Shown here one piece after another: positions 9,457-19,200 of a stretch of 64,000 bases of DNA. The position numbers and the translations under genes are program-made. The stretch lies in NCBI GenBank assembly GCA_964590575.1, contig CAZPWM010000001.1, forward strand, positions 8,832 through 72,831. The letters are read 5' to 3'. Numbering within the stretch: position 1 is the first letter of the stretch; each line of letters begins with the position of its first letter. The notes under the pieces were generated by a model. It worked only from the letters and a program-made list of their open reading frames with translations, had not been told where the DNA came from and searched no databases. Origin of the DNA: an uncultured archaeon (GTDB lineage Archaea > Asgardarchaeota > Thorarchaeia > Thorarchaeales > Thorarchaeaceae).

Positions 9457-11177
9457 TCACCTCTTTTTGCTTGGCTACGTCGTCGAATGACCTTGTTGCA
9501 TGATTGAACCGCTGGGCAACCTTTACAAAGTTCAGGAACATCTTCGATAACCTGGTCCTCTCCGTAAATTAAGAACTGATCAGCAATCGAAGATTCCGCA
9601 GAAACCATCGCCTCCTCGTTTTGGCTTTTTTTCCGAACCATACATTTGTGCTTGCGAAGATTTTCACTTAGCTCAACCGAATTGCCAGATACTACGACCG
9701 CTGTTGGTCCAACTTTTCTGACAATCTGTTTCGTGAAATCTGGAATCATCATTAATGTTTCAAGGTCCTGCTCACTCTCAGTTTCAAAAAGGGTGACTTC
9801 GGATATTGTAGTGAAGGTGGTTTGAGATGTCCAATCTGTAATAGATCTAACTACATTTCTGGGAACTGGTTTACTGCTCTCTTTCTCTAGGAAGCCAAGG
9901 ATGTCATCTTCACGCAGTCCAATCTCAATCGCCTCGAAGATTGATTTATCTGAAATTTTGAACGTGCTCACTACATCTGTACGAATTGGTTCTGTCAAGA
10001 GCATTAAACGGTAAAGTTTCTGGTATTCCATTTCACTGGTGAATACAGTGAGCTCGAAGTTTGGCAACACAAAGAATGATTCTCGCATCTCAGGCTTTTC
10101 GAACGGTGTCCCCAGGAGAACGTTTTCACCAACATCTGTCAATCTAACTGCGAGAAGTTTCTTGCCACGATATGCTGCTTCAACCAATCCCAGAAGTATT
10201 GGCGTTTCAAGAGATAATTGAACTCTATCCTCGTCGACCTGAATCCATTTCAATGATTGATTCTCTATGAACAATTCACTCCTAATCCAATCCCTGAGTT
10301 CTTCAATACTGATCCAGTCTTCAGACGTACTTTCTCGAAGTCTACAAATTGCCAGATTGAGCGTGTATTCTGTAGGTTGATCAGGGGTGGCCCAGATTGC
10401 TCTTGTTCTGCCAAGTTGGGACAATAGCAGTCTACGAGCTACATTGCGATGCTCTCCTGCAAATAGAATATCTATTTTGGATGGCTGGACTTTATCTCCT
10501 TCTCCTACAGTGTAAGCTCCCATTTTGCGCGCCATCTTTTGGACTAGTTCAAATCGCTCATCGGTTTTCTTAGACATAGGTTCTTTGATGTAGTCGATTT
10601 CTCTTCTGGGAAACTCCCAGGCACTTGTGAGGTGGACCTCTCGTTTTGCTATATGTGATACAAGCAGGAGCATATCTATAATCAAAGTGTCTCGTTCATT
10701 TACGATGTCTTTGACTTTCTTTGGCTTCTCTGGTTGGGGTTGAGGTTTTGTTTCAAATAGGTCCCTTAGATGGGGGATAAAGAACTCTAGGACCTTGAAC
10801 TCTGCAACCTCTCGTCCAAATTCTGTTAATCGTGACATCATTTGTCTGATGATGATACCCTTTTTCCGAAGGTCTCTCTCCGTTTGATTCAGTTGCCCAT
10901 AACTATAGATCTTTCTGAAAGGCTTGAGTCGGTCATAGCTCATAGCTCCCCCACTAAGTGTTAAGAGTCCCAGCAGATCTTTCTCGAGTTGAGAGAATGT
11001 GGCAAATATTCTTTCCCTCTCTTCTGGCATCCTCATTTTCTCTGCGAGCATTTTGATAAGCGATGATCCAGTGTCTTTTCCTGTCACGTCAATGGACCAA
11101 TACTGACATGCAAAGAGTAAGTCTTCTCTGAGGACATGTTCAAGTTCTTTCTCTAGGGATTCTTTTGCCATTATCAT
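9453..11177 (-). CDS. Large hypothetical protein (574 aa), cytoplasmic, C-terminal CxxC...C cluster
   Basis: Long ORF, overlaps downstream gene by 4 nt (operon); no recognisable catalytic motif. Confidence 0.55.
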   Translation of the reverse strand: MIMAKESLEKELEHVLREDLLFACQYWSIDVTGKDTGSSLIKMLAEKMRMPEERERIFATFSQLEKDLLGLLTLSGGAMSYDRLKPFRKIYSYGQLNQTERDLRKKGIIIRQMMSRLTEFGREVAEFKVLEFFIPHLRDLFETKPQPQPEKPKKVKDIVNERDTLIIDMLLLVSHIAKREVHLTSAWEFPRREIDYIKEPMSKKTDERFELVQKMARKMGAYTVGEGDKVQPSKIDILFAGEHRNVARRLLLSQLGRTRAIWATPDQPTEYTLNLAICRLRESTSEDWISIEELRDWIRSELFIENQSLKWIQVDEDRVQLSLETPILLGLVEAAYRGKKLLAVRLTDVGENVLLGTPFEKPEMRESFFVLPNFELTVFTSEMEYQKLYRLMLLTEPIRTDVVSTFKISDKSIFEAIEIGLREDDILGFLEKESSKPVPRNVVRSITDWTSQTTFTTISEVTLFETESEQDLETLMMIPDFTKQIVRKVGPTAVVVSGNSVELSENLRKHKCMVRKKSQNEEAMVSAESSIADQFLIYGEDQVIEDVPELCKGCPAVQSCNKVIRRRSQAKRGD

Positions 11178-11337
11178 TACCGACCACGAAATTGTCAGTT
11201 GGAAACAAGCGCCCAGCTTTTGAGCATTTAAGGAGCTTTTGGTTTTGTCATTTTTTCAACTGATGAAGGTTAGTAGCTCTATTGAAAAAAGAAACAAGCT
11301 TATCTTCACATGATATGACTCGATTCTGGGTGTAATA

Positions 11338-12450
11338 TTGGAACCTGTCCTTTGGAGTGTCAAATATAGGCCTAAAGCTTGGAATGATTTCGTTGGCAAA
11401 GAAAATACAATTAATCAATTGAAATCACTCGTGGAATCCAGTATTTTCACAAACATGATTTTCTATGGGCCCTCTGGAACAGGAAAGACGGCTGCGGCGG
11501 AACTCTACTCAAAGGAGATACTTGGCGATAGCTTTGGTGCCAACTTCAAAATTCTGAACATCCGTGATGTCTGGGATATTCCGGTTAGTAAAGCCAAACG
11601 TTCAGTGCAGGACCTGGCAAAACTTGGTCGTGAGCAGAGGTCCGAATTAGATGAGTATATCTCCGTTGTCTTTCGTGAAGCAAAGACTGAACGAAAAGCT
11701 CGAGGTCGTTCAGGAGACCCTACCAGACGTGAATTACTATTAGAAGCAATTCGATTTTTTGCATCAACCGCAACTGTTGCTGATGAGAAGATCAAAATAT
11801 TAGTCTTAGACGAAGCAGACGCTATGACTTTGAGTATGCAACAGGCACTTCGAAGAACTATGGAGCTATTCAGTGACACCTGTCGATTCATACTCATCAC
11901 TCCTTCTCTTTCAGGATGGAGTCCGGCAATCATCTCAAGGTCTCTAACCTTACACTTTCAAAATCCTCCCCCTGAAGTTGTACAAAAACTAATTGCTGAA
12001 ATTGCTTCAAAAGAAAACGTAATGATAGATGATTCCGCTGTGACAGCAATTGCAAGGGAATCAAGAGGGGATTTGAGACGCGCAATTAATTTACTTCAAA
12101 TTGCTGCTGCTGCAAGTGATTCAGTGACTGAAGATATTGTGTACGAATATTCTGAAACTCAACTAACTACCAGAGCGCGAGATATCGTTACTCTTGCAAT
12201 AAACGGTCAATACGAACCCGCAAGAAAAGAAATTCGAAATCTGATAGCTATTGACGATTACTCACCTCAAGAAGTATGTCTAGAGATCGAACGAGATCTT
12301 GTGAAGCGCCCGTTTGCGCCTGAAGTACTTAGCAAGGTTCTTGATAGAGTTGCAGAGATCGACTATCGTCTCCTACAAGGGAAGAACGCTTTCGTTCATT
12401 TGGCTGCATTATTAGCATCGCTCCGAGCAATAGCTGCTGAGGCCGCCTAA
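11338..12450 (+). CDS. rfcS: Replication factor C small subunit (clamp loader ATPase)
   Basis: WSVKYRPKAWNDFVG, GPSGTGKT Walker A, LVLDEAD Walker B, SRS (SRC-motif position); TTG start inferred; ~45-aa insertion between Walker A and B. Confidence 0.85.
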   Translation: MEPVLWSVKYRPKAWNDFVGKENTINQLKSLVESSIFTNMIFYGPSGTGKTAAAELYSKEILGDSFGANFKILNIRDVWDIPVSKAKRSVQDLAKLGREQRSELDEYISVVFREAKTERKARGRSGDPTRRELLLEAIRFFASTATVADEKIKILVLDEADAMTLSMQQALRRTMELFSDTCRFILITPSLSGWSPAIISRSLTLHFQNPPPEVVQKLIAEIASKENVMIDDSAVTAIARESRGDLRRAINLLQIAAAASDSVTEDIVYEYSETQLTTRARDIVTLAINGQYEPARKEIRNLIAIDDYSPQEVCLEIERDLVKRPFAPEVLSKVLDRVAEIDYRLLQGKNAFVHLAALLASLRAIAAEAA

Positions 12451-12755
12451 AACATCGGATCAATTTCACTACTAATGCTAATCTTGTCATTTAATGCAGA
12501 AGCCAGATTAGGAGCGAGATATTGACGATCGAATAGGAACTCTGCCTTGAGTAAGTCTTCAGATCTGGCTATCATTCCGTTGTCTATCGCCATTGTAAGT
12601 AATCTTCTCACTTGACTTGGTTTGCCATATCGACATCTAAAAGAAATGAATTCGACTGCGTCCTCAACTCGAACCGGATCTCCTTTCTTTCTGAAAAGGT
12701 GCGAGAGAATGAGAAGGAGATCTTTCCCGTTCATATTTTGGGTGGCTCCCGACAC
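12447..12755 (-). CDS. Hypothetical small protein (possible winged-helix fold)
   Basis: 102-aa ORF convergent with rfcS; no motif; would not overlap the kinase if that starts at 12790. Confidence 0.35.
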   Translation of the reverse strand: MSGATQNMNGKDLLLILSHLFRKKGDPVRVEDAVEFISFRCRYGKPSQVRRLLTMAIDNGMIARSEDLLKAEFLFDRQYLAPNLASALNDKISISSEIDPMF

Positions 12756-12789
12756 CCTTTTAGAAGTTGCTGTGTTAGGGAAGAGAGAG

Positions 12790-13752
12790 ATGACAAAACG
12801 ACAACTTACGAGGATTCATGGTCATTCTATACAGGAATTAGAACGCATGGTGCATGATGCATGTAATCTGTTTGATGAGGCGGTGTCGTTAGAGCGTAAA
12901 AATCTTGGTGGATGGTCAAATATCAATATCCGTGGTCACGCCTCAGGAATTGACTTTGTCTTGAAGCTACCTTGGTCTATTTCTACTCACAAAACTGATT
13001 CTTACAAACACCTCTATGACATAAGTATGTATTTCAATAAACTAGATCTTGCTGCTTTTCCACTTTCAATGGGTCACCTCTCTGATACTATGAGCACTCC
13101 CTATATCCTCTTTGAGTACGTCGACGGTGTTGTTCATGATTCTCTCACTGAATTTACAGCTCAAGAATTGTTCTCCCTTAAAACCTGTCTTCAACTCCTG
13201 ACACAACAAAAACCTCCCGGACTCAGTCGATACAAGTCCCCCTCAGACCACCTGACCACAAACTATGCTCTTGTTGAAAATCATGAGGGCCTTTCGATTG
13301 CTTCGCAAGACCTGACTCAACTTATTGACACATTCAATGATTTTTACCCTGAGATTCTATCATTCACTGATTCTCTGGGTTCATGGGGTCCATCGATAAT
13401 GCATGGTGACTTGTGGATTCCTAACATTGTCTTCAAATCTGGACACATTACTCTACTTGATTTTGAAGCCTGTGCATACGGAAATCCGCTTTTTGATTTA
13501 GCCTACCTTCTTGAAACGCCTGTCAGCACCTCTATAGACAAAATTCATGGATTGGTAAGTCTTGAAGATGCGGATGAAGTCAATAGCCTTAGACCACTCG
13601 TAGTTGCATTTCTAGTTAGCTGGTCTCTGGAACGACTCTTGTCAATGGAGTCTGGTTTAGTAGAACCAAATCTAGATACTCTCGAGAACAGGTCTGCTCT
13701 TATTGATTACACCCTTTCCAAAATGACTCGGTTAAAGACACTCCTCTCCTAG
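12790..13752 (+). CDS. Aminoglycoside/choline-kinase-like phosphotransferase (APH fold)
   Basis: HGDLWIPNIVF (catalytic loop HGDxxxxN) and LLDFEAC (DFE/DFG-equivalent); start trimmed from ORF-track 12622 to first Met after non-protein-like extension. Confidence 0.65.
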   Translation: MTKRQLTRIHGHSIQELERMVHDACNLFDEAVSLERKNLGGWSNINIRGHASGIDFVLKLPWSISTHKTDSYKHLYDISMYFNKLDLAAFPLSMGHLSDTMSTPYILFEYVDGVVHDSLTEFTAQELFSLKTCLQLLTQQKPPGLSRYKSPSDHLTTNYALVENHEGLSIASQDLTQLIDTFNDFYPEILSFTDSLGSWGPSIMHGDLWIPNIVFKSGHITLLDFEACAYGNPLFDLAYLLETPVSTSIDKIHGLVSLEDADEVNSLRPLVVAFLVSWSLERLLSMESGLVEPNLDTLENRSALIDYTLSKMTRLKTLLS

Positions 13753-15455
13753 GTGAAGAAACTCTCGGGAGGTTTCTCCCATATCTTCTCATCTACTGAA
13801 GCAATCACATATTGGTATCCTTGCTCAGTGAGGAAAAGTTGACGCTTGGCAGCGAAGTCCATATCGCGCGTGTCTTTTGTGATAAGTGAGTAGAAACGTG
13901 CAAAGCTACCATCAGTTTTAGGTCGAAGAATTCTACCTAACCGCTGAGCTTCCTCCTGACGTGACCCAAAAGTTCCTGAGACCTGAATAGCCACGTTAGC
14001 ATCCGGGAGGTCAAGGGCGAAGTTTGCTACCTTGGACACAATCAGCAACTTTTCAGTTCCCTCTCTGAAAGCTTCATAGAGACGTTGTCTTTCATCATTG
14101 TGGGTCTTCCCAGTAATCAGGGGTGCCCCAACCTCATCAGCTATCAATTTCAATTGGTCAAGATACATTCCGATGACGAGGATGTTATCATCTTGATGAT
14201 ATTCGATGAGCTTCTTGATTATTTCGAGTTTCACTGGGTTCTCTGCTGCAATTCTGTACTTCTTCCTGTCCTCAGCAACCGCATACATTCTTCTCATATT
14301 ATCTGGAAGGTCAAGTCTGATCTCATAGCAAATTGCTGTGGCAATCCAGCCTTGATCCTCTAGTTGTTTCCAAGGCATGTCAAACCGTTTAGGTCCAATT
14401 AAGCTGAACACATCTTCCTCTTTCTCATCCTCGCGGACTAGAGTTGCTGTCAATCCTAACCTTCTGGTTGCTTGGATTGTTGCAGTGACTCGAAATACTG
14501 GTGCTGGAAGAAGATGAACCTCATCGTAGATAATGAGTCCCCAGTTTCTCGCTTCGAATATCTTGAAATGAGGGAACTTGTCCTCTCGTGACTTCCGCCA
14601 AGTGAGGATTTGATACGTAGCAACGGTGACCGGACGAATCTCTTTGCTATCTCCAGTATATTCTCCAATATCCTCCGGTCGTAGTGTTGTTTTATCAAGA
14701 AGTTCTGTGATCCATTGTCTGACTGCTACGACATTAGGGCATAGGATGATGGTTGAGGTCTGTAGTTTGTACATGGCTCCGATGCCCACCATTGTCTTTC
14801 CTGCTCCACATGGTAGGACAACGACTCCCGAACCACCTCTTTCTCCACCACCTGCATGAAAAATAGCAACAGCATCTTCCTGATAGTGCCTAAGACCCCA
14901 CGTTTTTCCCTCGAGAGTTTTTTCGCGAATCTCAAAGGGCAGATGTTCTCCCTCTACGTAACCAGCAATGTCTTCGACCGGGTGTCCAATCTCTATTAGT
15001 GCATGTTTTAGAAAACCTCGTTGTGCAGGGTCAACGCGCATGGTGACCGCATCAGTTCTCTCGATGAGGTACTCTCTGACCTTTTTATTCGCCCATATCT
15101 CCTCTGCGAGGTCCTCATCTTCACATAGGAGAAGAATGTCGGGACCTTCCTTATACAGCGAGATTTGACCATATCTGGACATATAATCGACAATCTCTCT
15201 GGCAATGTTGCCGGGGATTGGATACTTCGCGAATTTTTCCAGCGCAGCAATCACCTCCTTTGGTGACATCCCCATCGCCGCAGCATTCCACAGACTCAGA
15301 GGTGTGACTCGGTATGTATGTACATACTCTGGACTTTTGACTAGCTCTGCAAAACGTGCCAAGGAATCACGCGCATTCTCATACAAAGGATTGTCTACTT
15401 CTAGAAGAACCGATTTATCAGATTGTACTATGAGTGGATTGCTTGGATTTGCCAT
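13749..15455 (-). CDS. xpb: XPB/ERCC3 (Rad25/Ssl2)-type SF2 DNA helicase with N-terminal damage-recognition-like domain
   Basis: LRHYQEDAV, GGSGVVVLPCGAGKTMVG (motif I), IYDEVH (DEVH box), LGLTATLVREDEKE (RED motif), thumb insertion; high similarity to eukaryotic XPB core. Confidence 0.9.
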   Translation of the reverse strand: MANPSNPLIVQSDKSVLLEVDNPLYENARDSLARFAELVKSPEYVHTYRVTPLSLWNAAAMGMSPKEVIAALEKFAKYPIPGNIAREIVDYMSRYGQISLYKEGPDILLLCEDEDLAEEIWANKKVREYLIERTDAVTMRVDPAQRGFLKHALIEIGHPVEDIAGYVEGEHLPFEIREKTLEGKTWGLRHYQEDAVAIFHAGGGERGGSGVVVLPCGAGKTMVGIGAMYKLQTSTIILCPNVVAVRQWITELLDKTTLRPEDIGEYTGDSKEIRPVTVATYQILTWRKSREDKFPHFKIFEARNWGLIIYDEVHLLPAPVFRVTATIQATRRLGLTATLVREDEKEEDVFSLIGPKRFDMPWKQLEDQGWIATAICYEIRLDLPDNMRRMYAVAEDRKKYRIAAENPVKLEIIKKLIEYHQDDNILVIGMYLDQLKLIADEVGAPLITGKTHNDERQRLYEAFREGTEKLLIVSKVANFALDLPDANVAIQVSGTFGSRQEEAQRLGRILRPKTDGSFARFYSLITKDTRDMDFAAKRQLFLTEQGYQYVIASVDEKIWEKPPESFFT

Positions 15456-16028
15456 ATTTTTTCATCATCCAGATACACATCGTTGCTTGAGTAAATGTCC
15501 TATCTGCACACGGAAAGCGTGAAACGGCGGAATTTTGTGGAGATAAACCCTTCGTTGTGACTTCTCGCTGTGACCGTAACGCCTATATACTTCTGACTCC
15601 GAGCCCGCTGTAATTGGTTAACGGAGGTGCAATGAAAAAATGATTGTAATTAGACTTGATACTGTAGTATATACCTGCACCAACGTTGAGAACGCCTAAC
15701 TGGCTTTCATTGCTTCTTTGTGCTTGTCCATCCATTCTACACATCGTGTATGGATTTTCATTGAAGCACGACGTTTGTTGTGGGTCTAGACTTCTCGAGG
15801 TTTGATGTGCTATTAACGTAAGATGTGTGTCGCTCAGCCGATGAGAGTGAACCCAAAGTTGTATACTAACAATCACAAAGAGAATTTTTCGCTAAACACA
15901 AAAAATGCGAACCTAGAATGCAAAAGTTTGGATACACAGAGTCCAAAGAAACGACATGCTCCCCTCTTGGACAGCATTCCTGGGATAAAGCATGGATGTA
16001 GACTCTCCACAAATGAGGTGGCCTAAAG

Positions 16029-16829
16029 ATGTCACCCGTAGTAGTAGAGAAGCTAAATCCTCGGAAACCCAGTGCGCTCTCTCTGAAGAGAGATGTTCAG
16101 AGAGGAAACAAGAGAGGATGGACGGTTGCGATCAATGAGATTAATCTAGACGAAGTCAGGGATGATGCTGTGAAATTCGGGCTTGCTACCGAAGTTCTCT
16201 ATCAGATGAATGCTGGCAAGGAAGCATCGATTTACTTAGCGAACTGGAAAGACTTTCCACTCGTACTGAAAGCCTATAGATTCTGGCAGTCTGCTCAAGC
16301 GAAAAGGAGTAAGGGGTTCTTTGCTCCAGGAAGGATGCAGGCAATTGCAGCACAGGAGTACGGCCTATTACTGGCTTGTTTCAAAGCAGGAATGAATGTT
16401 CCCACTCCTGTTTCTCGCGTCGGCAACTATCTTACAATGAGATACATCGGCGACGATATAGATCCTGCGCCTCAACTTAGGAATGTCCAACTCGAAGAAC
16501 CTGAACTTGTGTTGGATGAGATACTCGATGACTACCTAATTATGTACCGTGATGTTCACTACGTCCATGGAGACCTTAGTGCTTACAATATATTGTGGTG
16601 GCAAGGTAGAGCATGGATTATCGATCTCCCTCAAGCGTATCAGGTTGGTCCCTGGGCTGACATGAAGAGGGTTGTGACTCTCCTACGTCGTGACATTGTG
16701 AACCTGCTTCAGTATTTCAAGAAATACGGAATCAGACGAGACCCTGATGAGATCGTCAAAGTATTCCTCTCAGAATATGTTCCTCACAATCTTAGGAACT
16801 ACAATGAGACCGTAGCTGGGGGCGCCTGA
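16029..16829 (+). CDS. RIO-type serine/threonine protein kinase
   Basis: GKEASIYLA (P-loop-like), VLKAYR, HGDLSAYNILWW catalytic loop, IDLPQA metal-binding loop. Confidence 0.85.
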   Translation: MSPVVVEKLNPRKPSALSLKRDVQRGNKRGWTVAINEINLDEVRDDAVKFGLATEVLYQMNAGKEASIYLANWKDFPLVLKAYRFWQSAQAKRSKGFFAPGRMQAIAAQEYGLLLACFKAGMNVPTPVSRVGNYLTMRYIGDDIDPAPQLRNVQLEEPELVLDEILDDYLIMYRDVHYVHGDLSAYNILWWQGRAWIIDLPQAYQVGPWADMKRVVTLLRRDIVNLLQYFKKYGIRRDPDEIVKVFLSEYVPHNLRNYNETVAGGA

Positions 16830-17666
16830 ATGAGTCGAGTAGACAAGTTCAATCCCCTGGCTAAGGGTAGTGTTATCGATCAGAAAAGAGATGCTTTGAG
16901 GGGTGGTACTAGTGGTAAAGCTGAAATTGGGGAACCAAAGTTTGAGGAGATTCGACGTGAAGCAATCACCTATGGACTGGCTACAGATGTACTCTATCCC
17001 ATAAGTTCTGGAAAAGAAGCCTCAATATTTCTTGCCCTGTGGAAGAATCATCCAATCGTTCTAAAAGCCTACAGACTCTGGGCCACTCCTCATAAATTGT
17101 CTATGACAAAGGGTCACATTAGAGAGTCCAGTGGTAAGAAGACTCGGTGGATACTTGGCTTGATTGAAGACATTGCAGTAGCAGAGTTCGATGTACTTCA
17201 AAACTGCTTCAATGCAGGTGTAAGAATTCCTACTCCAATCTCGCGGGTGGCTAACTACTTGACCATGAGGTTCATTGGAGATGTAGAAACCCCTGCTCCC
17301 CAACTTAGAGAGGTGCAGCTGGAGGCTCCAGAGCATGTTCTGAACGAAGTCTTCGACCAGTACCTGAAGATGTATCGCGATGCTCACTATGTGCATGGAG
17401 ATCTTAGTGCATACAACATCCTTTGGTGGCAAGACAAGCCCTGGATCATTGATGTTCCGCAGAGTGAAACAGTGAACAAATGGTCAGACATGAATAAGGT
17501 TGAGTTAATTCTTCGTCGTGACATTCACAATGTTCTCAAATATTTCGAGAGTTATGGAATAGAACGCGACCCTGAACATATTCTCAATGTGTTTCTTGAT
17601 GCATATATTCCTGACAACTTGAGAAACTATAAGGAGCTACGGAATGAAGGTATGGAGCTCTTGTAG
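16830..17666 (+). CDS. RIO-type serine/threonine protein kinase (tandem paralog)
   Basis: GKEASIFLA, VLKAYR, HGDLSAYNILWW, IDVPQS; start 1 nt after upstream stop. Confidence 0.85.
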   Translation: MSRVDKFNPLAKGSVIDQKRDALRGGTSGKAEIGEPKFEEIRREAITYGLATDVLYPISSGKEASIFLALWKNHPIVLKAYRLWATPHKLSMTKGHIRESSGKKTRWILGLIEDIAVAEFDVLQNCFNAGVRIPTPISRVANYLTMRFIGDVETPAPQLREVQLEAPEHVLNEVFDQYLKMYRDAHYVHGDLSAYNILWWQDKPWIIDVPQSETVNKWSDMNKVELILRRDIHNVLKYFESYGIERDPEHILNVFLDAYIPDNLRNYKELRNEGMELL

Positions 17667-17799
17667 ATATCCTCTGCGAGAAATATCTAATCACCACACG
17701 TCTAAATGAATTAAATGGAAAATACATAGTGAGCCTCAAGCTCATCGCCGAGGCTCCACATACAACATCGTTTGGACGGGTATTAGGCACGACTACCTA

Positions 17800-17834
17800 A
17801 AAAGACCACTAATGTGGTCTTTTATTCCACTTTT
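17800..17834. terminator. Bidirectional terminator-like hairpin (AAAAGACCAC-TAAT-GTGGTCTTTT) followed by T-rich tract
   Basis: Perfect 8-10 bp stem with 4-nt loop between convergent genes 16830..17666(+) and 17833..18249(-). Confidence 0.5.
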
Positions 17835-18249
17835 ATGAGACCTTTCTGAGGACCACTCTGGATACTCCAGGGATCTTCTTCAGGCTATCTTCAAGTTCGT
17901 TGAGAGTCACAACCAGTTGATCTGGAATGAAGTAACACTCATAGTAGCAGCGCTCACCACGGAGACAAACTCCAGTTGTGAAGATGATGTCGCTCAATTT
18001 TGCATCGTTAAATGCAAAGTTCAATTGCTTCAGGAAGTTACGAGAGAGATCACTGATTTCAATCCTGAGCAAATAAATATCCTCGTTAGCGACTGGGAAG
18101 ATTTTCACGACGCGGTCTTTGTGGTGCATTACCACTAACCCTGCCTTCTCCCCGATGTCTGCCACAAACTCAGCCGGGAACACTACTGGTTCTCCGGGTG
18201 TTAAGTGTAGAATAATCGCGCTTGTCGCCCCTTCTTTGTCTATAACCAT
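17833..18249 (-). CDS. Hypothetical protein (138 aa), possible ACT-like regulatory domain
   Basis: ORF with good coding periodicity; no definitive motif. Confidence 0.45.
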   Translation of the reverse strand: MVIDKEGATSAIILHLTPGEPVVFPAEFVADIGEKAGLVVMHHKDRVVKIFPVANEDIYLLRIEISDLSRNFLKQLNFAFNDAKLSDIIFTTGVCLRGERCYYECYFIPDQLVVTLNELEDSLKKIPGVSRVVLRKVS

Positions 18250-18482
18250 TAGATTGGTACACGTCCTTCAGGGTCTGTACTTCAGTTGACTACGTTCTGT
18301 CTATATTAAGCTTATCTGTCACTATGCCTTTTTGAGTGTTGGCCATAGATTAGACTACTTTCAAGAAATTTTGCTAAAAATATACGATAAATCCAGCTAA
18401 ACAAAGCAAGCTATTATTTTACCAGAGTCGGAATCTATAATTGGAATCACGTACTGGATGTAGCTGAGGAGAGAGAGAAGCA

Positions 18483-19196
18483 GTGCATCCCCGTCTACTA
18501 CAACTTGTAGGAATCATTTTAGTAATTGTTACACTTGCGATGACCTTCATTGTCTACCAAAGCACAATGATGATAGAAGGTCAAGAGTTCTTCACGATGA
18601 TTGCTTCAGGAATGATTGCTTGGGCTATTGTTGCATTACCTGAATTAGTACTTGGCTTATGGCTGATTGCCAAAGGAACGCGTGAGGCTCGTATTGGAGA
18701 TGTATCAGGAGACCTCATTCCCCTTGTACAGAAAGAAGGTCGTATCAGTGTGGATGATGCTGCCAGACAACTTGCTGTTGAACCACAGGTTGTCGCTGAC
18801 GCAGCAGAGAAACTAGCTAAGCGTCGACTGCCACTTGTATACCTAGATCGACGAGCTCATGAGATTGTGAGTCCGAAAGCTGTATCGTTGAAGGAGAGTC
18901 TGTTACATCTTCTCTATGCACAGCGACGAATGACTTTTGACCAAATACAAAAAGTAACCGAGTCAACTGATGAGCAGATAGTGGATGCCTTGAAGGAGTT
19001 GTCAAAACAGGGCAAGTTCAGAGGAGTAATTGATGAGAACTCGAGGGTGGTATACACTCAGGAAGCAGTATCTCAACTTCCTAAAGCAGTGACTGTTTGT
19101 CCTAACTGTGACGGAAAGTTGGAAGCTCCAATTCTACCAGGTGAGGAAGAATTCTGTCCATATTGTGGACATGCTATCGTGAACAGACTGAAGTGA
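18483..19196 (+). CDS. Membrane-anchored hypothetical protein with C-terminal zinc ribbon
   Basis: 2 N-terminal TM helices; C-terminal CPNCDG...CPYCGH. Confidence 0.5.
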   Translation: MHPRLLQLVGIILVIVTLAMTFIVYQSTMMIEGQEFFTMIASGMIAWAIVALPELVLGLWLIAKGTREARIGDVSGDLIPLVQKEGRISVDDAARQLAVEPQVVADAAEKLAKRRLPLVYLDRRAHEIVSPKAVSLKESLLHLLYAQRRMTFDQIQKVTESTDEQIVDALKELSKQGKFRGVIDENSRVVYTQEAVSQLPKAVTVCPNCDGKLEAPILPGEEEFCPYCGHAIVNRLK

Positions 19197-19200
19197 CCTG

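Noticed and set aside
12622-12789. ORF-track start of the APH-like kinase
   Set aside because: The N-terminal 56 residues are Arg/Ser-rich, look non-proteinaceous and overlap the minus-strand ORF 12447..12755. The internal Met at 12790 is preferred.
15583-16026. ORFs 15583..15876 (-) and 15823..16026 (+) in the long intergenic stretch
   Set aside because: They overlap each other. Their products lack hydrophobic cores or motifs and have many rare residues. They are more likely noncoding and are reported as an ORF-free segment instead.
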